A stretch of DNA of 57,837 nucleotides from Malacoraja senta (lineage: Eukaryota): the NCBI GenBank assembly GCA_038087875.1, contig JAXLNO010000310.1, forward strand, positions 1 through 57,837. Direction: 5' to 3'. Position 1 is the stretch's first letter. Every line of letters starts with the position of its first letter. Of the stretch, positions 12,293 through 24,816 are shown one piece after another. A program made the translations under genes and the position numbers. The notes beneath the pieces are model-generated. The model did no database searches. It was given only the letters and a program-made list of their open reading frames with translations, and was not told the DNA's origin.

Positions 12293-12814
12293 ACTATACT
12301 CTAAATGTGGCCCCACCAGCGTCTTGTTCACGAGGGATCTGGGAACACATTTACCTGTAGCAGTAAAGAACAGTTTAACTGCACTCTCTGAGCCATTACC
12401 ATGATTTAATCTACTTCAGTAAGTAGATGTTATTGATCCTGTTTATAAATAAAACCGTCACAGAACAGTCGCCAGTTCCTGCGTACAAGAACGCTCTATA
12501 GAGACTTGGCCAGGCCTGCGCTTAAACAAGCAGTGAAGCCTTCTTCACTTGCTGACAGCTTGATGTCCCATTACACTCAGTCATAGACACTGATTAATGG
12601 AGTCCTCTGGAAGAAAACCACAGTGTTTGTTCCCTTTCACTTGTATCTACACAATCCTTACTCAGGCTGCAAGACATTGCATTGGCCCATCAAACACGCC
12701 TGCCCCGATTAAATATGGAGCTTGAAGGAAAATAAAAAAAGTAGAAACAAAGAACTGCAGATGCCAGGAGAGAATCACAAAGTGCTGGAGTACCTCACTG
12801 GGTCAGGCAGCATA

Positions 12815-13445
12815 TAATAAGAGGAATCGAATATTGGAGCAAAGAGGACCTTCTGCAGTTGCACAGAGCCCTAGTGAGACCACACCTGGAGTATTGTGTA
12901 CAGTTTTGGTCCCCTAATTTGAGGAACGACATTCTTGCTATTGAGGGAGTGCAGCGTAGGTTTACCAGGTTAATTCCCGGGATGGCGGGACTGTCATATG
13001 CTGAGAGAATGGAGCAGCTGGGCTTGTACACTATGGAGTTTAGAAGGATGAGAGAGGATCTCATTGAAACATATAAGATTGTTAAGGGTTTGGACACGCT
13101 GGAGGCAGGAAACATGTTCCCGATGTTGGGGGAGTCCAGAACCAGGGGCCACAGTTTAAGAATAAGGAGTAAGCCATTTAGAACGGAGACGAGGAAGCAC
13201 TTTTTCTCACAGAGAGTGGTGAGTCTGTGGAATTCTCTGCCTCAGAGGGCGGTGGAGGCCGGTTCTCTAGATGCTTTCAAGAGAGAGCTAGATAGGGCTC
13301 TTGAAGATAGCGGAGTCAGGGGATATGGGGAGAAGGCAGGAACGGGGTACTGATTGGGGATGATCAGCCATGATCACATTGAATGGCGGTGCTGGCTCGA
13401 AGGGCCGAATGGCCTCCTCCTGCACCTATTGTCTATTGTCTATTG
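12815..13445 (+). mobile_element. CR1 LINE 3' fragment
   Basis: ORF 12859-13353 [16 protein letters not shown]...GEKAGTGY; (TCTATTG)n tail. Confidence 0.9.
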
Positions 13446-13827
13446 CAGAAGGACCTCTTTACTCAAAATCTTGAAGCAAGTCTTCAGCTGTTTCTCATGC
13501 TTTTAACTCTGAGCATAATTTTGTTATTCTGCAGTCACAGCACAAACATCAGCTTGTCAAGCCTCGTTCTTCCAACTCAGTAAGATGCCATTTAGTCCCT
13601 AAGCATTGTTTCCAGCCCAAAGACTTTATATACCTGTACATCTGCTGTGCAATAATACCACACTGGAGATTTGTTGTCTTATGAAGAATACTTCACCTCT
13701 CACGCTACTGATGTGATTCACTTCCACTAAGGCTTGGCAGCTGCTGTTTCATATTTATTTCGATGACAGCACATCACCTGTCTGCTGCAAAGCCTCAGCC
13801 GAGCCTATAGTCAACCATCAGGTATCA

Positions 13828-14180
13828 GGACACGCTAGAGGCAGGAGACATGTTCCCGATGTTGGCGGAGTCCAGCACCAGGGGCCACACACAGCTTAAG
13901 AATAAGGGGTCGGCCATTTAGAACGGAGACGAGGAAACGCTTTTCCACACAGAGAGTGGCGAGTCTGTGGAATTCTCTGCCTCAGAGGGCGGTGGAGGCA
14001 GGTTCTCTGGATGCTTTCAAGAGAGAGCTAGATAGGGCTCTTAAAGATAGCGGAGTCAGGGGATATGGGGAGAAGGCAGGAACCGGGTACTGATTGTGGA
14101 TGATCAGCCATGATCACATTGAATGGCGGTGCTGGCTCTAAGGGCCGAATGGCCTACTCCTGCACCTATTGTCTATTGTC
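13828..14180 (+). mobile_element. CR1 LINE 3' fragment
   Basis: Near-identical to the 3' part of 12815-13445. Confidence 0.85.
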
Positions 14181-14518
14181 TGACCGTCAATCAACCATTC
14201 ACACTAGTTCTATCCCACTTTCACACCCCCTCTGTACACACTAGGGGCGATTAACCTACAAACTGCACGTGTTTGGGTGGTGGGAGGAAACCCACGCAGG
14301 TCACAGGGGAACATGCAAACTCCGTACAGACAGCACCCGTAGTCAGGATGGAACCCGGGTCTCTGGCGCTGTGAGGCAGCAACTCTACCGCTGCGCCACC
14401 GTGCCGTCCCTTGCAGTGCAATCCAATTAAATCTGATAATATTATACATGAATACAATCAAATCAAACATAAGTAGGTACAAGGACCTGCAGATGCAGGT
14501 TTATAACAAAGATAGACA

Positions 14519-14715
14519 CAGAGTGCTGGAGTAACTCAGCGGGTCAGGCAGCATCCGTGGAGAACATGGATAGGTGACGTTTCACAGAGTGCTGGAGTAA
14601 CTCAGCGGGTCAGGCAGCATCTGTGGAGAACATGGATAGGTGACGTTTCACAGAGTGCTGGAGTAACTCAGCGGGTCAGGCAGCATCTGTGGAGAACATG
14701 GATAGGTGACGTTTC
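14519..14715. repeat. 66-bp tandem array within a Penelope-derived repeat (3 units)
   Basis: Unit CAGAGTGCTGGAGTAACTCAGCGGGTCAGGCAGCATCTGTGGAGAACATGGATAGGTGACGTTTCA. Confidence 0.9.
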
Positions 14716-15211
14716 GAGTTGGGACCCTTCTTGAGACTGAGAGTCGGATGAGAAGGAAACTAGAGATATAAGAAGGCACAAAGAACAAATGAATGAAAGG
14801 TGTGCAAAAGATCAAATGAAAGCCAGCAACGATGATCAATAGACAATAGGTGCAGGAGTAGGCCATTTGGTCCTTCGAGCCAGCACCGCCATTCAATGTC
14901 ATCATGGCTGATCATCCACAATCCTGCCTGATCATCCCCGTTCCTGCCTGATCAAGGAAAGGTGGAGCGCATAATGATGATGACGTGATAGAGGTGATAA
15001 CGTTTGATAACTGTAAAACTCAGCAGGACGACAGTGAAACTAGTGCGACGACCAGGGTGGGGGATGGGACGGAGAGAGAGGGAAAGCAAGGGTTACTTGA
15101 AGTTAGAGAAGTCAATGTTCATACCGCTGGGGTGTAAACTACCCAAGCGAAATGCGAGGTGCTGTTCCTCCAATCTGCGCTGGGCCTCTGACAGTGGAGG
15201 AGGCCCAGGAT

Positions 15212-15700
15212 CAAGTCAAGTTAACTTTATTTGTCACATACACATACAAGATGTGCAGTGAAATGAAAGTGGCGATGCTTGCGGGATTGTGCAAAAACTA
15301 CAGAACAGAACAGAACCAGTATTTACATTTTTTAAAAAGACACAGTGGTATTTACTCCCCGGTGAGATCAGGTGTCCTGAGGGAAGAAACTCCGTCTCGT
15401 CCTCTCTGTTTTCACAGCGTGACAGTGGAGGCGTTTACCTGACCGTAGCAGCTGGAACAGTCCGTTGCTGGGGGGGAAGGGGTCCCCCATAATGTTGCTG
15501 GCTCTGGATCTGCACCTCCTGGTGTATAGGTCCTGCAGGGGGGTGAGTGTAGTTCCCATGGTGCGTTCGGCCAAACGCACTACTCTCTGCAGAGCCTTCT
15601 TGTCCTGGGCAGAGCAGTTCCCAAACCAGTTTGTGATGTTTCTGGACCAGATGCTTTCTACACCCCCAGAGGAGAAGGACTGGAGGATCCTCAGAGAGAA
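15212..15700 (-). mobile_element. Rex/Babar-type 3' fragment (distinct subfamily)
   Basis: ITNWFGNCSAQDKKALQRVVRLAERTMG...FQLLRSGKRL...RRSFFPQ in ORF 15368-15814; (CTTGA)n-like tail. Confidence 0.75.
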
Positions 15701-16674
15701 TCGGAGATGCAGAACGGATGCGGGAGGATTGTAGAGTTTCCACATTTCTTGTAAAAAAAAAGCTACCGATGATACGACTTGGCAGTGATTGACACCAACA
15801 GCACTCAGTCCCATTATCCCCTAAATTCAGAAGACAAGGTGAGCGGAGACAATGGAGAGAAGTGATGTGATTTAGTGAATTGCTTTTGATATGATTGACA
15901 GCGCAGCCTTTGACAGAAGCTTTTTTATAACGGTTTGTTTTTACACATTGGGACAAATAAAACCATGTTGTTGCTAAGGAAAGGAGTTTCAAAAGATAAC
16001 AGAGGGTGGAAGGAACCGTTTGCCCGTCTGACTCTCTCTCTTGCAAACGCTCCATTTAGAGCTCAATAACTAAGTGTCAATATCCCAAACACCATTTCAC
16101 ATCAGCAAACAAATACAGCATTGTTATGCACAATTATTCTAGCGGCACAGCGAGCCAGAGACCCGGGTTCCATCCTGACTACGGCTGCTGCCTGTACGGA
16201 GTTTGCACGTTCTCCCCGTGACCCGCGTGGGTTTTCTCCGAGAACTTCGGTTTCCGAAGGTTTGTGGGTTAATTGGCTTGATAAAATGTTAAATTGTCCA
16301 AGTTTGGCGATATGCAGCGTACTGCCCTTGCCGACTACAACATTCAGAAGGTTCAGAAGGTTTGTAGATTAATTGGCTCTGGCAAAATGTATATTGTCCC
16401 TAGTGTGTGGGTAGGATAGTGTTGGTGTGCGGGGATCGCTGGTCGGCGGCACGGACTCGGTGGGCGTAAGGGCCTGTTTCCGCGCTGTATCTCTAAAGTC
16501 TTTTTCGCACAGAGAGTTGTGAGTCTGTGGAATTCTCCGCCTCAGAGGGCGGTGGAGGCCGGTTCTCTGGATGCTTTCAAGAGAGAGCTAGATAGGGCTC
16601 TTGAAGATAGTGGAGTCAGGGGATATGAGGAGAAGGCAGGAACATTGGGTTCCCTAGTTATAGTATATCTCATG

Positions 16675-16925
16675 GTAGACAAAAAAGCTGGAGAAACTCC
16701 GCGGGTGTGGCAGCATCTATGGAGCGAAGGAATAGGTGACGTTTCGTGAAGCAGCATCTATGGAGCAAAGGAATAGGTGACGTTTCAGGTCGAGACCCTA
16801 ACGGGTCTCGACCCCGAAACGTCACCTATTCCTTCGCTCCATAGATGCTGCCTCACCCGCTGAGTTTCTCCAGCTTTTTTGACTACCTTCGGTTTTTTCC
16901 AGCATCTGCAGTTCTTTCTTAAACG
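16675..16925. mobile_element. Penelope-derived fold-back element
   Basis: Arms GCAGCATCTATGGAGC...GTGACGTTTC and GAAACGTCACC...CCATAGATGCTGC; near-TSD GTATATCTCAT / GTATATATCAT. Confidence 0.7.
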
Positions 16926-17802
16926 TCGTATATATCATTATCGTTGAACAAATACCACATTGGTATAGAATTCAGTTCAGAGACACAGTGTGGAAACAGG
17001 GTCCATGGCTACTTCTTATTCTTGCTTTTGAGACAGCAGATGTTATGTAACGCCCTTCAGGCGCTGCAGCCAATGAGGCCTTCAGCATTCAGCTGTAGCA
17101 AGGTGATGCCATCCAGTTTGACATCCGTAGGTGCCCGCCCTAAAAAGGGCGCATACTCCGGGTTGGCGCCGAGCTCTGGATCCGGATCAGGATGTAGTAC
17201 GCTGAGCATCATTCAGCACTGGACGGTTTTTTTTTCCAATCAAGCCAATTAACCTACAAACCTGCACGTCTTTGGAGTGTGGGATGAAACCGGAGCACCC
17301 GGAGAAAACCCACGCAGGTCACGGGTAGAACGTACAAACTCCGTACAGACAGCGCCCGTAGTCGGGATCGAACCCGGGTCTCTGGCTGCAAGGCAGCGAC
17401 TCTACCGCTGTGCCACCGTGAGCTGCGGCCACTGAGGTTGCATTATCCCTGCTGCTGTCTCTGTTGTGCTGCACTCCAAGGAATAGAGACCCAGCCTACT
17501 CAACTTCTCCACACCCTCTAGTCCTGGCAACATCCTCGTAAATCTTCTCTGAACCCTTTCAATCTTGACAATGTCTTTCCTATAACATGGTGCCCAGAAC
17601 TGAACACAATACTATAAATGTGGTCTAATATGGTCTCACCAACATCTGATACAACTGCAACATGACCTCCCAACTTCTATACTCAATACTCTGACTGATG
17701 AAGGCCAATGTGATAAAAGCCTTGTTGACCACCTTATCTACCTGCGACTCGACCTTCAAGGAACCATGCACCTGTACCCCTAGATCCCTCTGCTTTACAC
17801 TG

Positions 17803-18428
17803 AGGATTTGAGTATAGGAACAGGGAGGTTCTACTGCAGTTGTACAGGGTCTTGGTGAGACCACACCTGGAGTATTGCGTACAGTTTTGGTCTCCAAATC
17901 TGAGGAAGGACATTATAGCCATAGAGGGAGTGCAGAGAAGGTTCACCAGACTGATTCCTGGGATGTCAGGACTTTCATATGAAGAAAGACTGGATAGACT
18001 TGGCTTATACTCGCTAGAATTTAGGAGATTGAGAGGGGATCTTATAGAAACGTACAAAATTCTTATGGGGTTGGACAGGCTAGATGCAGGAAGATTGTTC
18101 CCGATGTTGGGGAAGTCCAGGACAAGGGGTCACAGCTTAAGGATAAGGGGGAAATCCTTTAAGACCGAGATGAGGAAAAACTTTTTCACACAGAGAGTGG
18201 TGAATCTCTGGAACTCTCTGCCACAGAGGGTAGTTGAGGCCAGTTCATTGGCTATATTTAAAAGGGAATTAGATGTGGCCCTTGTGGCTAAAGGGGTCAG
18301 GGGGTATGGAGAGAAGGCAGGTACGGGATACTGAGTTGGATGATCAGCCATGATCGTATTGAATGGCGGTGCAGGCTCGAAGGGCCGAATGGCCTACTCC
18401 TGCACCTATTTTCTATGTATTTCTATGT
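17803..18428 (+). mobile_element. CR1 LINE 3' fragment ((TCTATGT)-tail subfamily) nested in an older CR1
   Basis: ORF 17840-18334; host sequence resumes ACCCAGAGGCC directly after the tail. Confidence 0.9.
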
Positions 18429-18735
18429 ACCCAGAGGCCGACCATTCACTGTGTAGGTCCTGCCCTTGTTCGACGTCCTAAAATGCAACACCTCACACTT
18501 CTCTGTATTAAATTCCATCAACCATTCCTCCGCCCACCTGGCCAATCGATCCAGATCCTGCTGCAATCGTTCACAACCATCTTCACTATCTGCAAAACCA
18601 TTCACTTTTGTATCATCAGCAAACTTGCTAATCTTGCCCTGTATGTTCTCATCCAAATCATTGATGTAGATGACAAACAGTAACGGGCCCAGCACCAAAC
18701 CCTGAGGCACACCACTAGTCACAGGCCTCCAGTCT

Positions 18736-19557
18736 CAAGAGTCAAGAGTGTTTTATTGTCATGTGTCCCAGATGGGACAATGAAATTCTTACTTGCTGCA
18801 GCACAACAGAATATGTAAATATGTAAACATTGTATATAATGGGGGGGAAATTAAAAAGTTCAATAAATAACAAATATAGGGCAATAATAATATAGTCTTT
18901 TGCAGTTCAGAGTTCAGAGCTTATTCGTTGTGTTTAATAGCCTGATGGCTGTGGGGATGAAGCTGTTCCTGAACCTGGACGTTACAGTTTTCAGGCTCCT
19001 GTACCTTCTTCCCGATGGCAGTGGTGAGATGAGTGTGTGGCCAGGATGGTGTGGGTCTTTGATGATGCTGGCTGCCTTTTTGAGGCAGCGACTGCGATAG
19101 ATCCCTTCGACGGTGGGGAGATCAGAGCCGATGATGGACTGGGCAGTGGTCACAACTTTTTGTAGTCTTTTTCGCTCCTGGACGCTCAAGTTGCCGAACC
19201 AAGCCACGATGCAACCGGTCAGCATGCTCTCTACTGTGCACCTGTAGAAGTTTAATAGAATCCTCTTCGACATGCCGAATCTCCGTAATCTTCTCAGGAA
19301 GTAGAGGCGCTGATGTGCCTTCTTTATAATTGCATCGGTGTGCTGGCTCCAGGAAAGATCTTCTGATATATGCACGCCCAGGAATTTGAAGTTATTGACC
19401 CTCTCTACCATCGTCCCATTGATATAAACAGGATTGTGGGTCCTCATCCTTCCCCTACTAAAGTCCACAATCAGTTCCTTGGTCTTACTGATGTTGAGAG
19501 CCAGGTTGTTGTGCTGGCACCATTTGGTCAGTCGGTCGATCTCACTTCTATACTCTG
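18736..19557 (-). mobile_element. Rex1/Babar-type element, 5'-truncated, nested in CR1
   Basis: ORF 18914-19579 is closely similar to ORF 1346-2056; (CTCTTGA)n tail; host CAGTCT|GAGAAGCAACC is split. Confidence 0.85.
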
Positions 19558-20660
19558 AGAAGCAACCTTCCACCATCACCCTCTGCTCCCTTCCATGAAG
19601 CCAATGTGCTATCTATTCAGCTATCTCTCTTTGGATCCCATGCGATCTAACCTTCCAGAGCAGCCTACCATGCGGAACCTTATCGAACGTCTTACTGAAG
19701 TCCATGTACACAACATCTACAGCTCTGCCCTCATCAACCTTTTTGGTCACGTCCTCAAAAAATTCAATCAGATTTGTGAGATACGACCTCCCACGTACAA
19801 AACCATGCTGACTGTCCCTAATCAGCCCTTGCCCATCCAACTGCCTGTATAACCTATCCCTCAGAATACTCTCCAGTAACTTTCCAACTACAGATGTTAA
19901 GCTCACCGGCCTATAGTTCCCAGCATTTTCCCTGCAGCCCTTCTTGAAAAGAGGCACAACATTTGCCATCCTCCAGTCTTCCGGCACCTCTCCTGTATTT
20001 AAGGACGACTCGTAAATTTCAACCGGGTGCTCCCGCAATTTCCTCTCTAGTTTCCCGCAATGTCCTCGGATATATCTGATCAGGCCCCGGAGATTTGTCT
20101 ACCTTCATACATGATAGTACCTTCAGTACTTCATCGACAGTAACACTGACTGCTCTCAAGACACTTCCAGTGACTGCCCCAAGTTCCTCCGTCCTACTGT
20201 CTTTCTCCGTGGTAAATACAGAGGAGAAATATTACCTTCATCTTACCAAAGTATCCAACAACTGAAGCGTATTGCGAACCTGAGAATAATACCTCTTATT
20301 ATAATTGGGAAATTTAAATGTTAGATTAATGAGTATATGGTACATATCAAATATCTCCAATGTTCTTTTGCATAATCAGGCTTCAGTTGTTATATTTCTT
20401 GACATTATTTGTTAATTCATCAGGGTTTGTGTTAAATCTAGACTCCTTGTTAATTTACAGCTATTACAGGGCATCACGGAGGTGGCGTAGCGGTAGAGTT
20501 GCTGCCTCACAGCGCCAGAGACCCAGGTTCCATCCTGACTACGGGTGCTGTCAGTTTAAGGAGTTTGTACGTTTTCCCCGTGGCCGCCTGAGTTTTGTCC
20601 GGGTGCTCCGGTTTCCTCCCACACTCCAAAGATGTACAGGTTTGTAGTTTGACACCAAAA

Positions 20661-21000
20661 GCTGGAGTAACTCAGCGGGTCAGGCAGCATCTGTGGAGAA
20701 CGTGGATAGGTGACGTTTCACAGAGTGCTGGAGTAACTCAGCGGGTCAGGCAGCATCTGTGGAGAACATGGATAGGTGACGTTTCGCAGAGTGCTGGAGT
20801 AACTCAGCGGGACAGGCAGCATCTGTGGAGAACATGGATAGGTAACGTTTCACAGAGTGCTGGAGTAACTCAGCGGGTCAGGCAGCATCTGTGGAGAACA
20901 TGGATAGGTGACGTTTCACAGAGTGCTGGAGTAACTCAGCGGGTCAGGCAGCATCTCTGGAGAGCATGGATAGGTGACGTTTCACAGAGTGCTGGAGTAA
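20661..21000. repeat. 66-bp tandem array (about 5 units, last unit interrupted by a MITE)
   Basis: Same unit as 14519-14715. Confidence 0.9.
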
Positions 21001-21548
21001 AGGGCCTGTCCCACTTGGACGACCTAATCCACGAGTTTCGAAGACCCTAGACGAGTTGAAAAAAATGTCAAGGTCGTGTTGACTCGCCGAAGTAAAATAC
21101 CTCCTACGCCTATGTCTACAACCTCCTACGACTATGTCTACGACCTCCTACGACCAACCTCAACCTCAGTCTTCCACACCTAAGACCAACAACGACTAGC
21201 TACGAGTGGAAAATGATCAGATGATAAAATTATGTCATGATTGCATTTGTTTCTCGGGCCAGTTACCCACCTACCTATGACTATCTACGACTACCATCAC
21301 GACCCACCTACGAGTAAAAAGCATCAATTTATTCCATGACGACCTTTATTTTACTCGTGGACTTTTTTTATCAGGCTAGAAAAAACGCCGCGACCTACTT
21401 GAGGCCACGAGTACGCGGAGACCACTCACGAGCACGAGGAAGAGTTACGAAGACCTCCTACGCCCTCGCGGCGACCATGCTGCGAGTATGAGTCAAGGGC
21501 AAACTCGGCAGAGGTCGCCAATTAGGTCGTGAAAGTGGGACAGGGGCT
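21001..21548. mobile_element. PIF/Harbinger-like MITE, interior type A
   Basis: TIR AGGGCCTGTCCCACTT / AAGTGGGACAGGGGCT; TAA on both sides; host GGAG|TAA|CTCAGC is restored on removal. Confidence 0.8.
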
Positions 21549-22373
21549 TAACTCAGCGGGTCAGGCAGCAACTCTGGAGAACGTGGATTGGTGACATTTC
21601 CAATCGAGACCCTTCTTCAGACTGAGAGAAGGGTTTTGACCTGAATCGTCATCTATTCCTTTTCTCCAGAGAAGCTGCCTGTCCCGCTGAGTTATTCCTG
21701 TATTTTGCGTCTATCTTTCGTGTAAAACAGCATCTGCAGTTCTTGCTAATAGGCTCCAGTAGTTTGCAAATTGTCCGTAGTGTGCTGGTGTACATGGTGA
21801 TCTCAAGTCAGCGTGGACTCGGTGAGAAATTTCCCCAACTTTTTCATAAATTCACAAGTGACAAGAGCAGAATTAGGCCATTCGGCCCATCAAGTGTCTA
21901 CCCCACCATTCAATCATGGCTCTCCCTCTCAATCATATCTCTCCCTCCCAACCCCATTCTCCTGCCTTCTCCCCATAACCCCTGACACCCGTACTAATCA
22001 AGAATCTATCTATCTCTGCCTTAAAAATATCCACTGACTTGGCCTCCACAGCCGTCTGTGGCATAGAGTTCTCCCTAGAGTGTAGGGAGTGGATGAGAAA
22101 GTGGGATAACATAGAACTAGTGTGAATGGGTGATCGATGGTTGGCGTGGACTCTGTGCGTCGAAGGGCCTGTTTCCATGCTCTAAATTCCTCTAAATTCT
22201 AAAGTCAGAGTGGTTAATGCAACAACAGTAAAGACAATAGACAATAGGTGCAGGAGTAGGCCATTCTGCCCCTCGAGCCAGCATCGCCATTCAATGTGAT
22301 CATGGCTGATCATCCCCAATCAGTAGCCCTTTCCTGCCTTCTCCCCATATCCCCTGACTCTGCTATCTTTAAA

Positions 22374-22693
22374 AAGCCCTGTCCCACTGTACGAGGTAAT
22401 TCAAGAGCTCTCCCGAGTTTAAAAAAAAAATCAAACTCGTGGTAAGCACGTAGAATGTATGTAGCGGGTACGTCGGAGCTCCGGGACGTCTCTTAGCGGC
22501 TCGTAACGCTAACGGCAGGTACTCGGGAAACGCGGTAAGCTCGTGAAGACTCGTGAAGATTTTTTCAACATGTTGAAAAATGTCCACGAGAGCCCCGAGT
22601 ACCGACGAGCGGCCATCACCGTAAATCTCCGCGTTCGAATCAGGGGAAACTCGGGAGAACTCTTGAATTAGCTCGTACAGTGGGACAGGCCCT
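22374..22693. mobile_element. PIF/Harbinger-like MITE, interior type B
   Basis: Long TIR CCTGTCCCACTGTACGAGGTAATTCAAGAG / CTCTTGAATTAGCTCGTACAGTGGGACAGG; inserted at TAA in a CR1 3' fragment (ATCTT|TAA|GAGC). Confidence 0.8.
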
Positions 22694-23137
22694 TAAGAGC
22701 TCTGTCTAGCTCTCTCTTGAAAGCATCCAGAGAGCCGACCTCCTCAACTGCTTCCTAAAGGAACATCCTTTAATTCTGAGGCTGTGCCCTCTGGTCCTGG
22801 ACTCTCCCACTCGTGGGAACCTCCTCCCCACATCTACTATCCAGCCCTCTTTGTGTGAAGAGTTATTTTTTCTCTGAGGCCCTGAAATGTCTGGATTTAA
22901 TTTTCGACATCAATATTGGCTTTGCTCCAACGTCCCTGAAGATCCATCAATTTCCTGGATGCCCGATTCACACCGCGCTGAGAATGGAACCAGAGGATTA
23001 GTAAACGCAAGGGCAGTCAATCACAAATGTACATTAAAAATACCCAGGAGTAGATAAATCATCCAAAAATATAGTTTCGACTCAATCAATATCGGTGTTT
23101 CAGCAAAACTCTGCAATCACAGGGCAACCGCTGAGAT

Positions 23138-23175
<38 letters not shown>

Positions 23176-23805
23176 TCCTTTGGAAATGGAAAATTTTCAG
23201 GAGAAACCTCTGTAGTAAAATAGCGTATGAGCACGCGATCCCAGCACAACACGGGACATAGAACAGTACAGGCCATTCGGCCCACAATGTCCGTGCCCAA
23301 CATTAGGCCAAGTTAGACCATAGATGTGTAGGAAGGAACTGCAGATGCTGGTTAAAGCCATGGATAGACGCAAAATACTGGAGTAACTCAGCGGGTCAGG
23401 CAGCATCTCTGGAGAGAAGGAATGGGTGACGTTTCGGGTCGAGACCCTTCTCCAGACTATACGTGTTGAGTTTGGTTTAGTTTAGAGATACATCGTAGAA
23501 ACAGGCCCTTGGGCCCAGCGAGTCCGCCCCGACCTGTGATCCCCGCACGCTAACACTATCCTACACACCCTAGGGACAATTTATATTGATACCAAAGATC
23601 TCGGAGAAAACACACGCAGTTCACGGGGAGAACGTGCAAACTCCGTACAGACAGCACCCGTAGTCAGGATCGAACCCGGGTCTCTGGCGCTGTGAGGCAG
23701 CAACTCTACCGCTGCGCTACCGCGATGTTAAACAGCATTTAAAAAATACTTAGACGGGTACATGGATAGGTGAGGTTTGGAGGTATGTGGGCCGGTGGGA
23801 CTGGT

Positions 23806-24502
23806 GTAGATGGGGCATGTAGATGGGGCATGTAGATGGGGCATGTAGATGGGGCATGTAGATGGGACTAGTGTAGATGGGGCATGTAGATGGGACATGT
23901 TAAGGGGGACAAGTGTAGATGGGGCATGTAGATGGGGCATGTAGATGGGGCATGTTCATGGGGCATGTAGATGGGGCATGTAGATGGGGCATGTAGATGG
24001 GGCATGTAGATGGGGCATGTAGATGGGGCATGTAGATGGGACTAGTGTAGATGGGGCATGTAGATGGGGCATGTAGATGGGGCATGTAGATTGGGCATGT
24101 AGATGGGGCATGTAGATGGGGCATGTAGATGGGGCATGTAGATGGGGCATGTAGATGGGGCATGTAGATGGGGCATGTAGATGGGGCATGTAGATGGGAC
24201 TAGTGTAGATGGGGCATGTAGATGGGGCATGTAGATGGGACTAGTGTAGATGGGGCATGTAGATGGGGCATGTAGATGGGACTAGTGTAGATGGGGCATG
24301 TAGATGGGGCATGTAGATGGGACTAGTGTAGATGGGGCATGTAGATGGGGCATGTAGATGGGACTAGTGTAGATGGGGCATGTAGATGGGGCATGTAGAT
24401 GGGGCATGTAGATGGGGCATGTAGATGGGGCATGTAGATGGGGCATGTAGATGGGGCATGTAGATGGGGACAAGTGTGGATGAGGCATGTAGATGGGGCA
24501 TG
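23806..24502. repeat. 13-bp minisatellite (TAGATGGGGCATG)n with GGGACTAGTG variant units
   Basis: Directly visible; embedded in a CR1 3' UTR. Confidence 0.95.
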
Positions 24503-24816
24503 AACGAGTTGGGCCAAGGAGGGCGTTTTCATGCCGTATGCCTCCATGAGAATTTCCAATCTACCTTTCACAAAGGGTTTGGATAAATGAATGTGAAGGG
24601 CATGTTTACAGGAAAGAGTGGAGGGTAATAATAGGGTGGTCACGGTGGCGCAGCAGTAGAGTTGCTGCCTCACAGCGCCAGAGACCAGGGAAAGATCCAG
24701 GCTACGGGTGCTGTCTGGACAGAGTTTGTACGTTCTCCCCATGACCACTTGGGCATTCTCCAAGAACTTGGGTTTCCTCCCACATTCCTTAGACGTACAA
24801 GTTTGTAGGTTAATTC

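Larger units (their letters stand above)
17470..20232 (-). mobile_element. CR1 LINE RT region split by two nested insertions
   Basis: GEVPEDWRMANVVPLFKKG...NYRPVSLTS...QHGF...DFSKTFDKVPH (19613-20038), SGVPQG...FADDT (18423-18722) and RDLGVQVH (17625-17897) are collinear on minus. Confidence 0.85.

Noticed and set aside
20661..21000. CRISPR-like array from the 66-bp periodicity (also 14519, 28425, 45491)
   Set aside because: Units are contiguous near-identical repeats with no unique spacers, there are no cas genes, and the context is eukaryotic.
23728..24763. Repetitive proteins (MPHLHAPSTCPIY)n
   Set aside because: Translation artefacts of the 13-bp minisatellite.
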